In this document: positions 1 through 7,933 of the stretch, in pieces
Layout: every line of letters begins with the position of its first letter
How positions within the stretch are numbered: the stretch's first letter is position 1
Assembly: GCA_013285915.1 (NCBI GenBank)
Contig: JABDGS010000001.1
Coordinates: 24,394 to 88,393 of the forward strand
Reading direction: 5' to 3'
Source of the DNA: Bacteroidota bacterium
GTDB taxonomy: Bacteria > Bacteroidota > Bacteroidia > Chitinophagales > Chitinophagaceae
Length of the DNA: 64,000 bases
Notes under the pieces: model-generated
What the model saw: the letters and a program-made list of their open reading frames with translations, nothing else
Databases searched by the model: none
What the model was told of the DNA's origin: nothing
Made by a program: the position numbers and the translations under genes

Positions 1-1018
1 TATACCGCTGCACAGTAACATTGCCGGTTACATAGTTGGTATTAGCGCCTGCATTGGTTACTGCCGCTGTGCCATGCGCGTTTGACGCCAGCACCAGGTT
101 GCCATCGCTGCTTAGCGTGCCGGCAATGGGGTTATACGTGCCAAATACTTTTACCAGGCCGCTGTTAAGCGATAGGCCCTGTGCATTGTTTAAGGTTAAA
201 TTGTTAACGCTAAGGGCGCCTATTATATCTTGTGGCGCTGTGCCTGTAAAAGCCACAGCCCCTTTGCTGGCGTCAAAGGCGCCAAAGTTGGTTAGCATGC
301 CTGTTATGCTAAGGGCACCTGTACTGTCAAAGCTTAGGGTACGCCCCGCCTCAATGGTAACATCCTGCGCGGCGGCGCTGGCGCTAAGCAAGGGCTCGTG
401 TGTTACACCTGTGGCGGGTATCTTTACATTATCGCTGGCACCGGGCACTGCGTTAGCGCTCCAGTTGCCGGCAGTGTTCCAATTTGTGCTTATGGCGCCA
501 TTCCAAATGTATAATACAGTTATGGCAATATCGTTGCTATTGGGGCCGCCGTTGTAGGCCGGTATATTGCTTACAACTCTTATGTGGTAGTGGGCGCCGG
601 CCGGCGTGCTGGGCGGTATAGTGGCGTTAATTATGCCTGTTGCAGTGCCTGTAACAGTGCCAATATTTACGGCACTTGCAAAGCTGCCCGTGGCATCGCT
701 TAACTGCGCGGTAAAGGTAACGCTGTTATCAATAAAACTAAACGGCATAAATACTATGGTTACCGCATCCCCGCTTTGCATGCCGGGGTTTGGGTTAAAG
801 GTGTTTATTTCAATTTCTGGCTGCAGTATGCCCTGGGTAAGCTGGTTGCCACCGGCTGTTATGGTGGTGGCAAATGCGCCGCCCATCGCCCAGCTAAGGC
901 TAAAATCATCGGTGCTGGCATAGCCGCCGGCCGTAACGGTTGCGGCTGGGCTAAGCGTTTGCCCCAGCGCTGCTGCAAAGGGGCCTGCCAATAATATTGC
1001 TATCAATAATTTTTTCAT
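1..1018 (-). CDS. Secreted Gly/Ala/Thr/Asn-rich surface protein, N-terminal part (gene continues past the left edge)
   Basis: Absent from the ORF track because there is no stop in the window. The reverse-strand ATG at 1018..1016 gives MKKLLIAILLAGPFAAALGQTLSPAATVTAGGYASTDDF, a typical signal peptide. The stretch I translated by hand (about 900..1018) has no stop; openness down to position 2 is assumed, not checked codon by codon. The + strand ORFs 36..994 look like its antisense shadows. Confidence 0.6.
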   Translation of the reverse strand, partial: MKKLLIAILLAGPFAAALGQTLSPAATVTAGGYASTDDFSLSWAMGGAFATTITAGGNQLTQGILQPEIEINTFNPNPGMQSGDAVTIVFMPFSFIDNSVTFTAQLSDATGSFASAVNIGTVTGTATGIINATIPPSTPAGAHYHIRVVSNIPAYNGGPNSNDIAITVLYIWNGAISTNWNTAGNWSANAVPGASDNVKIPATGVTHEPLLSASAAAQDVTIEAGRTLSFDSTGALSITGMLTNFGAFDASKGAVAFTGTAPQDIIGALSVNNLTLNNAQGLSLNSGLVKVFGTYNPIAGTLSSDGNLVLASNAHGTAAVTNAGANTNYVTGNVTVQRY

Positions 1019-1117
1019 AGTAAATACCTGTTTATATACCAAATACTAATACACCCGCTTCAATCGCTGTCATCCGCCACCTGTCATTAAAAACTTTAAA
1101 CTTCGGCCATCTGCCTT

Positions 1118-2059
1118 CTACAGTATTTGTACCCAAAATGAACCTTCTCTCATTATTTGCACGCCTGAATTTGCTGGTATGCTGGTGGATGTTGTGTTGA
1201 AAAAATTTCTATAAGCGTCAATAGCACATGGGTTGGCGGTGCGGTTTACAAAAATAAATACCTGGCCGACGCCGACGCCGCTCGCCGGAAAATGGATAGT
1301 ACCGCCCCCGTTGGTGGTAATAGAATATACAATCCTGGAGCCAGACACCAGGGGGCTGTTAATCGTGTAATCAAAGGTCAAATCTACGTCCACAAAGGTA
1401 TAACGCAAACCCTTGTTAATTGTCAAATTCTCAGCTGTGACAGCGGTTGCGGAGATGTTGGACGCATTCAAGTTGTGATTTAAATATATATCGCCTGTAT
1501 TTGTGTTAAACATGTCCCCGTTGGCGTCCACGTTCCAGCCCCCAATGCTTAAGCTTGAGGGGGTTGCCCAGCTTGCATTGCCATTGGCATCGCTTTGCAG
1601 CAGGTTGCCGCTGGCAGCGCCCGGCGTAATTTTTACATTGGCCGCGGTATCTGCTTTGGTGGCATGCAGGGCGTAAGGCACGCTAAGCATTTGGGTAGTG
1701 CCAATGCTGGTATAGCTTGTGCCGCCAGCTGGGTCTATTTCCACCTCGGTAAATTTAGCGGCCCCGCCCCAGTCAATACTATTAAAGGCGCCGGTTACAG
1801 GCGTGCCCTGCCCAATGTTTACCAAAAACAGGCCAAGGTTATTGGTAGTAGCGCTCTGTGTTTCCTGGTACACTATGGCGCCGCTGGCAGTGCCGCTGTG
1901 TATGCTAAAACGCAGGGCTACCGTGGTATTTTGCAGCAGGTTGCCGCCGCTGTTACGCGCTATGGCCTGGTAAGTAATGCCGTTAGGGCTTTGGGCTTGT
2001 GCAGCATACATAATACATGTAAACACTGCCAACAGCAGCATAGCAATTGTTTTTTTCAT
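1118..2059 (-). CDS. Secreted hypothetical protein (signal peptide, Gly/Thr/Asn-rich)
   Basis: ORF 1118..2101. The likely true start is the internal MKKTIAMLLLAVFTCIMYAAQAQ at 2059, which reads as a signal peptide. No family recognised. Confidence 0.6.
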   Translation of the reverse strand: MKKTIAMLLLAVFTCIMYAAQAQSPNGITYQAIARNSGGNLLQNTTVALRFSIHSGTASGAIVYQETQSATTNNLGLFLVNIGQGTPVTGAFNSIDWGGAAKFTEVEIDPAGGTSYTSIGTTQMLSVPYALHATKADTAANVKITPGAASGNLLQSDANGNASWATPSSLSIGGWNVDANGDMFNTNTGDIYLNHNLNASNISATAVTAENLTINKGLRYTFVDVDLTFDYTINSPLVSGSRIVYSITTNGGGTIHFPASGVGVGQVFIFVNRTANPCAIDAYRNFFNTTSTSIPANSGVQIMREGSFWVQIL

Positions 2060-2275
2060 ACCTATGGTTTTTTTTAGCGGTGGCAGCAGGGGGCTGCGCA
2101 ATTAGCTTGGTTTTTGGTTTGCGTTTTTTTACGGAAAATGGCAGGCTGCGGGCTTTTGTTTAAAAGGCAGCTTTCATTTGTGATAAAGATAAGCCGGGAG
2201 GATTAAACAATAAAACATTTTATAGATAATTTTTATATGGCGGGGCCGATTTTTTATAAGAAGGCGCCTGGTATA

Positions 2276-2637
2276 AAACCTTGAAGGTTTATCTAGTTGC
2301 GGCAGCATTTGTGGTGTTGATGGACAGGAAGTGACGGAAAAAAATGAGAGGCCGATACTTTCCGCAATAATATCACCCCTTCGGGGTTTTAAGCAGCTTG
2401 TTTTACTTTTTACAATAATGTCATCCCTTCGGGATTTATTTTGCAGCAATTACTCCTGGAGAATTTAATAGCAGATACTAAAAAATAATTCCAGTTACAG
2501 AATAAAGGCTTCTTTATGCAAACCCGAAGGGTTGAAATTATTGTAGCTATTAGAACAGAAAATTCATTAAACCCCGAAGGGGTGATATCGGAGCCTGAAA
2601 TAAAAAACCTTGAAGGTTTTCAAAACCTTCAAGGTTT
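2276..2637. repeat. Composite of short stem-loop modules in mirror order (A-B-C / C'-B'-A')
   Basis: A is aaaccttgaaggttt at 2276..2290. B is atatcaccccttcggggttt at 2370..2389. C is tacaataatgtcatcccttcgggat at 2411..2436. C' at 2521..2545 and B' at 2569..2588 are reverse complements of C and B. A-type hairpins recur at 2604..2621 and 2622..2637. Confidence 0.65.
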
Positions 2638-2640
2638 AAT
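2604..2640 (-). terminator. Tandem hairpins plus T-run, likely terminator of the PmbA-like gene
   Basis: On the minus strand, aaaccttgaaggtttt and gaaaaccttcaaggtttttt lie about 50 nt after the stop at 2692. Confidence 0.5.
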
Positions 2641-2691
2641 TTTCACAAACAAACTCCGTGCAAAACTCTGCGAAACTCTGTGACCTGAATT

Positions 2692-4026
2692 CTACACTGC
2701 GTCGCTTAAACTTGTAAATGTAAAATCGCGAATCTTCATCGGTGGTACCAAATAGCTGCGGTACGATTCAACGCTTATGCTGCGCTCAACTTTACCCAGC
2801 TCTTCCACGTTATTCAGCATAATTACCGGGCTTTCATTAAACCTGAAATTTTTTACGGGGAATTTTATTTCACCATTATCAATAAAAAAGGTCCCGTCGC
2901 GGGTAAGGCCTGTTAACAGCAATGTTTGCGCGTCAACAAGGCGTATATACCACAGCCTTGAAACAAGTATGCCCCTTTCGGTGCTTTTGATCATATCCTC
3001 CAGGCTGGCTGTGCCGCCTTCCATGATATAGTTGTTTGGGAAGGGCACAGGCTGCACATTTTTTTGCTGTGCCCAGTACCTTGAATAAGCAAGATTTTTT
3101 ACAACACCTTTTTCTACCCAATTAATGCGCCCCTGCGGAAAACCTTCCCTGCTCCATGTGGCAGAAGGCAGGTCGGGGTTAAACGGGTCAGAATAAATGG
3201 TTACTTTTTCATCCATCAGTTGATCTCCCAAACGGTTACCGCCACCGGGTTTGCTCATAAAGCTGCGGCCCTCATCTGCACTGCGTGCATCAAAACCGCG
3301 GAACATATTCTCCAGCATATAAGTGGCAGCAACAGGCTCCAGTATCACAGTGTATTTGCCCGGCTCAATTGCCCTTGCACCTAATGACCCATTGGCCTTT
3401 GTGGCTGCAATTTTTGTAGCTGTTAAAGTATCAAGCTTGTTTACATCATTAAAGCCACGCGCCGCATAGCCACTGGCGGTACCTTCTGCATTACGCATGG
3501 TAACGCTGAATATTACATCTGTATCGCGGTTATAACAAAACAGGCCCTTGCTGTTCATTATAGCTACAGCGTTGGCACTGTTTTCAATATAACCTGCGGC
3601 TTCAAGTTTTGCATCTTCGGAAACTTTAAGACTTTTAGCCACAGCATCAGCACGACTGTCAGGCGTCATCGCTGCAGTTGAAGGCGCATACGTTATTGAC
3701 TCTTTAAACTCCTGCGGGCCCAGCAAGGGCATGTGCTCAGGGTTTTCAGGGGCAAGCTGTGCAAGCTCCTCACTGCGCTGCACCACTTTTTGCAGGCTTG
3801 CATCATCAAACTCGTTAATGGTTGCTGTACCTGTTTTTTTACCAAAGGTTGAGCTAACTGCAAGGCTTAATGTGGTTATATCACCCGCTGTACTTATAGC
3901 GTTTTTTGCATAACGTATATTACCGCCTTCGCTGCCGTTAAGGCTAACTTCGCATTCATCTGCTTTTGAAAAGCTGAGGGCTTTTTTTAACAAGGCCTGT
4001 GCTTCGTCTTTTGTAAATAATGCCAT
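2692..4026 (-). CDS. TldD/PmbA family metallopeptidase (PmbA/TldE-like partner, no signal peptide)
   Basis: ORF 2692..4059. The likely start is MALFTKDEAQALLKKALSF at 4026. The length (about 444 aa) and C-terminal region are typical of the PmbA/TldD family, and it is adjacent to a TldD-like gene. Confidence 0.85.
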   Translation of the reverse strand: MALFTKDEAQALLKKALSFSKADECEVSLNGSEGGNIRYAKNAISTAGDITTLSLAVSSTFGKKTGTATINEFDDASLQKVVQRSEELAQLAPENPEHMPLLGPQEFKESITYAPSTAAMTPDSRADAVAKSLKVSEDAKLEAAGYIENSANAVAIMNSKGLFCYNRDTDVIFSVTMRNAEGTASGYAARGFNDVNKLDTLTATKIAATKANGSLGARAIEPGKYTVILEPVAATYMLENMFRGFDARSADEGRSFMSKPGGGNRLGDQLMDEKVTIYSDPFNPDLPSATWSREGFPQGRINWVEKGVVKNLAYSRYWAQQKNVQPVPFPNNYIMEGGTASLEDMIKSTERGILVSRLWYIRLVDAQTLLLTGLTRDGTFFIDNGEIKFPVKNFRFNESPVIMLNNVEELGKVERSISVESYRSYLVPPMKIRDFTFTSLSDAV

Positions 4027-4190
4027 AATTTTTTCACCACATAGGCACATAGAAAACATAGAAACACATAGTTAATTACCATTGTGTTTTATGTAGTTTT
4101 TGCATGTGGTTTTTATTTGTGGTTAAAAAATTTATTTCTTCTCAATGTGAAGCATATAAAGCTTATTCACCCCTTTAGGGGCAGGGGTTA

Positions 4191-5825
4191 CTATATCTTC
4201 CTTGCTGTGTTTATCACATTCACCCCGTTAAACCTTGCAGTTGATGCGCCATGGCTAACAGCGTTGCTTTGTGCGGGCTGGCCCTTACCATCGTTAAAGG
4301 CGCCACCAAGGCGGTAATCGTCTTTACCCGCAACGGCTACGCAGCTATTCCAAAACTCCTGAGTGTTGGCCTGGTAAGCAACATCTTTAAGCATGCCAAC
4401 AATTTTACCATCTTTAATTTCGTAAAATGTTTGGCCGCCAAACTGAAAGTTGTAACGCTGCTGATCAATACTAAAGCTGCCATCGCCGATAATATAAATA
4501 CCTTTTTGCACATCTTTTATAATGTCATCTACACTCTTATTGTCCTTGCCCGGCTGCAGCGACACATTGGGCATGCGCTGAAACTGTACATCAGACCAGC
4601 TTTGCGCGTAACAGCAACCCTGCGATTCCTTCAAACCCAAAATATGCGCCTGGTCGCGTATGGCCTGGAAGTTTACCAGCACACCTTCTTTAATTAAATC
4701 CCATTGCTTGGTGGCAACACCTTCGTCATCATAACCTACCGCACCAAGACTGCCTTTTTGTAATTTATCAGCAACAATGTTTACCTGCTTGCTGCCAAAC
4801 TGAAAATTTTTGCTGTGCAGCTTTTCCAGCGATAAGAAGCTGGTGCCCGCAAAGTTTGCTTCATAGCCCAATACGCGGTCAAGCTCAGTCGGGTGTGCAA
4901 CACTTTCATGTATGGTAAGCCACAGGTGCGATGGATCCAGCACAAGATCGTACTTGCCCGGCTCCACTGTTTTTGCTGATAGTTTTTGCGTTACATCGTT
5001 GGCAGCGTTCTTCATATCCTCCAGCATATCGTAGCGGTCTTTATACCGTGTTACTATACCTTGCACTTTATTCTCCGGGCCGCAGGTAAGGTACTCGAAA
5101 CCCATACCTACCGGCGAGCTGAGCGACCTGCGCGTTTCAAACTTACCGGTTGTTTTATCTGTTTTTGTTACATTGAAAAAGGGGTATACACGATGAATAT
5201 CCTGGTCGATATAAGAACCATCAGTAGAAGCAAAATATTTTTGCTCATTCACCGCAAGTATGGCCGAGTTTACAAAGTTTACACCACCTGCCAGTGCAAT
5301 GCCGTTAACATTCAGCAGCAGATCAACTTTTTCTTTAACCGGTACCTCAAACGGATTTTTTTCAATAGGCGTTTTCCAGCTTACTTCGCCATAGCCTTTT
5401 TGCGGCACCAACTGCACCACGTTTGGTTTTATGCGTGCATTTGCTTTGGCAACAGCCACAGCCCTCTCAGCAATTTTGCCCACTTCATCTTTGGTAACCT
5501 TTGGTGACGCGGCAAAGCCCCAGCAGCCATTTACTATAACCCGAACGCCCACACCAAAACTTTCGGTATTGGCAACGTTCTGCACCTTTTTTTCACGCGT
5601 GGTAATAAACTGGTTAAGGTAGCGCCCAATGCGTACATCGGCATAGCTGGCACCCTTAGTTTTAGCGGTGTTAAGCGCAACATCAGCTATTTGTTTTTTG
5701 GTAGCTGCATCCATGCCGTCGTTAATAGCTGCCAGCGGGTCAATATTCCTGCTGAACAAAAACTCGGGCATCATCAGCGCACCAAAACCCATGGCCGACA
5801 ACTGTAGAAATTCTTTTCTTCTCAT
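4191..5825 (-). CDS. TldD family metallopeptidase with twin-arginine signal
   Basis: ORF 4191..5867. The likely start is MRRKEFLQLSAMGFGALMMP at 5825 (RRxEFL Tat-like motif followed by a hydrophobic region). It has the HESVAHPTELD metal-binding-type motif of TldD. Confidence 0.85.
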   Translation of the reverse strand: MRRKEFLQLSAMGFGALMMPEFLFSRNIDPLAAINDGMDAATKKQIADVALNTAKTKGASYADVRIGRYLNQFITTREKKVQNVANTESFGVGVRVIVNGCWGFAASPKVTKDEVGKIAERAVAVAKANARIKPNVVQLVPQKGYGEVSWKTPIEKNPFEVPVKEKVDLLLNVNGIALAGGVNFVNSAILAVNEQKYFASTDGSYIDQDIHRVYPFFNVTKTDKTTGKFETRRSLSSPVGMGFEYLTCGPENKVQGIVTRYKDRYDMLEDMKNAANDVTQKLSAKTVEPGKYDLVLDPSHLWLTIHESVAHPTELDRVLGYEANFAGTSFLSLEKLHSKNFQFGSKQVNIVADKLQKGSLGAVGYDDEGVATKQWDLIKEGVLVNFQAIRDQAHILGLKESQGCCYAQSWSDVQFQRMPNVSLQPGKDNKSVDDIIKDVQKGIYIIGDGSFSIDQQRYNFQFGGQTFYEIKDGKIVGMLKDVAYQANTQEFWNSCVAVAGKDDYRLGGAFNDGKGQPAQSNAVSHGASTARFNGVNVINTARKI

Positions 5826-6037
5826 GTAGGTCAGTTTCGTAATTAGTGTAGTTAAAAGCCGCATCAAAATACAACCTAAATGCTATTTGTGCGCATTAAA
5901 ATGTTGGGTTGGTCGTAAAAAATGATGTTTATACCGAAAAAGTTACCGAATTCATTGAGTGTTTTTTGGAGACTGGCCGTAGTACCATGTGGCATCGGCT
6001 GTTGCGTCGCACATTTGGGCTGTGGGACAGAATGCTG

Positions 6038-6160
6038 CCCTGCCCTTTAGGGCGGGGATAAGAAAGTCACAAGAAATTTCTGGCTTCAGCCACATCCAAC
6101 AATTTGGCTAAAGCCGGATTAACCTGTTGCATTTCTGTTCCCCGGCCTAAAGGCGCGGGG
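6038..6160. repeat. Second mirror-symmetric hairpin composite (D-E-E'-D')
   Basis: D is ccctgccctttagggcgggg at about 6038..6057. E is tggcttcagcca at 6081..6092. E' is tggctaaagccg at 6105..6116. D' is ccccggcctaaaggcgcgggg at 6140..6160. D' and E' approximate the reverse complements of D and E. Confidence 0.55.
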
Positions 6161-6193
6161 CAAGGGGGTTGCAGATGACAATTTGCAAGGCGC

Positions 6194-7933
6194 CTATCCA
6201 TTAAACTTCCTCTCCACCCATAAATAGGTGCAGCAAACTAAAAGCAGTATAAAGAAATACACCTTATTCACGGGTACGTCTTCAGTTGCTTGCAGCACAT
6301 CAACAGGTGATGAAAATTGCTGTTGCTGTACATACTGCTGCGTGGCGTTTGTTTTTGAAACGGCGGTTGCTATTTTCCAATCATCGGCACTATACACATA
6401 AAAATTTGCAGAATCGTTTTGCATTTTAATGGTTTGCCATCCCGTTTGTACAGGCCAGTATGTGCCGCTCCATTCAAACGGAAGCTGCACGCCTTGCTGC
6501 AGGTACACAGGGCTTTCGCCGATAACCGGCTGCGGATTATTATTTGCCGCAAACGTAAGGTGTAACGGCTGGTTTACCACAGGCACGGCAGGAGTGAAAT
6601 TAATATCCGTTTGTTGCCTGCCTTTAGCCACTTTATTTAGCAGCGTACTCCAATAAGTATAGTAATCATCTTTGTTGCCGGTAAGCATCCAGCTATACGT
6701 GTTGTTATAGGTGGTAACGGCTATTTTACCCGAACCATATACAGCGCTGTTAACCAGCACCTGCGCAGATGAATCTGTTGTTAATGCCTGTGTGCCCGGC
6801 TGCGGACGAATGTATAATAACTGCTCAGCCGTAACACCGTGCAATGCACCTGCGCCGGTTAACTGCAGCATAACATTTTGTGATACCTTATGCGGCTGCG
6901 AATATACCGGGAACGTTTGCGCATAAAATGACGATGAGGGTAGCGTAGTATCAGCTTTTATTATCATTCCAAGCCCGTTTGATATGCTGGTTTGTATACT
7001 GTTTTGTTCATCCTTACTTAAGGCGGCAAAGGCTGCTGCATCGGTTATCAATACATCAAAAGATGCAAGTGTTGGCCCTGTAATTTTATCAATATTGGTT
7101 GTTGCTGTGTTTAAAAATGATCTATCGTATTTGTCTTTGCTGGTTGTATTTCTTACTACTACCTGGTAGCTGTTTTGTGACAGCCAGTTCTTTAAAAAGT
7201 TATCTTCAAAATCAGGTGAGGCCGCTAATATCAATACCTTCAGGGAATCAGCGGCAGTAACTTCAACTGGCAGCAATTCATCTTCTATCACTTTATCGCC
7301 AGCCACTGCGGTTATATTGTACACTGCCTTGCCCGACTGCTTAGGCACTGCGCTTAATTGAAATGGCTGCTGTTTATTTGGCCCAATGGTTACAGAATCA
7401 AGCATTGTGTTCAATCCGTTTAAAATAATCTTCACAGGTGTGTTTGCTGTGTTGTTAAAGCTACCTTGTACCCGTAATTTTTCACCCGTATGCAGGGCTT
7501 GCTGCCAATGTATGGATGTGATGCCGGTACCAATAGTTTGGGGATGGAATATTACGGGTATGTTGTGCAACTGCTGCAGTTCATCTGCCGATAAACCATA
7601 ACCAAAAACATGCACGCTTTTGTAGTTGGTTTTGCCGGATGCGATAAAATCTTCAAAGGTATAGGCTGGTAAATTTTTGTTTGCTGCGTCTTTAAAAAAC
7701 TGTACACTGTCTTTGTTGTAACCGGCTGTTATAATAATAACAGAGTTTTCGGCAGCAACTGTTTGCTTATAATTGATGTTAAGACCCAGCAACGTTACAC
7801 CGGCAGTTGCTAAAACAGTGGCTGTTAAACGAAGCAACAGGTTTTTTTTATTGCGCCTTTTGTGTTCTTTATAACAGGTAATAAGCAGCAACAGCGCACC
7901 CGCAACAATTACTATATAGTCCCAACCGGCCAT
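6194..7933 (-). CDS. Uncharacterised membrane protein, last gene of the MoxR/DUF58/BatA cluster
   Basis: 579-aa ORF with N-terminal TM segments (WDYIVIVAGALLLLITCY, LTATVLATAGVTLLGL) and a C-terminal TM (VYFFILLLVCCTYLWV). Its ATG overlaps the upstream stop by 1 nt (TAATG). Confidence 0.6.
   Translation of the reverse strand: MAGWDYIVIVAGALLLLITCYKEHKRRNKKNLLLRLTATVLATAGVTLLGLNINYKQTVAAENSVIIITAGYNKDSVQFFKDAANKNLPAYTFEDFIASGKTNYKSVHVFGYGLSADELQQLHNIPVIFHPQTIGTGITSIHWQQALHTGEKLRVQGSFNNTANTPVKIILNGLNTMLDSVTIGPNKQQPFQLSAVPKQSGKAVYNITAVAGDKVIEDELLPVEVTAADSLKVLILAASPDFEDNFLKNWLSQNSYQVVVRNTTSKDKYDRSFLNTATTNIDKITGPTLASFDVLITDAAAFAALSKDEQNSIQTSISNGLGMIIKADTTLPSSSFYAQTFPVYSQPHKVSQNVMLQLTGAGALHGVTAEQLLYIRPQPGTQALTTDSSAQVLVNSAVYGSGKIAVTTYNNTYSWMLTGNKDDYYTYWSTLLNKVAKGRQQTDINFTPAVPVVNQPLHLTFAANNNPQPVIGESPVYLQQGVQLPFEWSGTYWPVQTGWQTIKMQNDSANFYVYSADDWKIATAVSKTNATQQYVQQQQFSSPVDVLQATEDVPVNKVYFFILLLVCCTYLWVERKFNG

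Noticed and set aside
36-994. Plus-strand ORFs 36..557, 606..923 and 776..994 (Ala/Leu/Val/Pro-rich translations)
   Set aside because: They are antisense shadows of the minus-strand secreted protein gene that starts at 1018 with a clear signal peptide. Their composition is typical of reverse-frame translation of a Gly/Ala/Thr-rich gene.
2174-2449. 91-aa minus-strand ORF in the intergenic region
   Set aside because: Its sequence (..SRRDDIIV.., ..PRRGDII..) is simply the translation of the repeated hairpin modules. It has no start context or coding-like composition.
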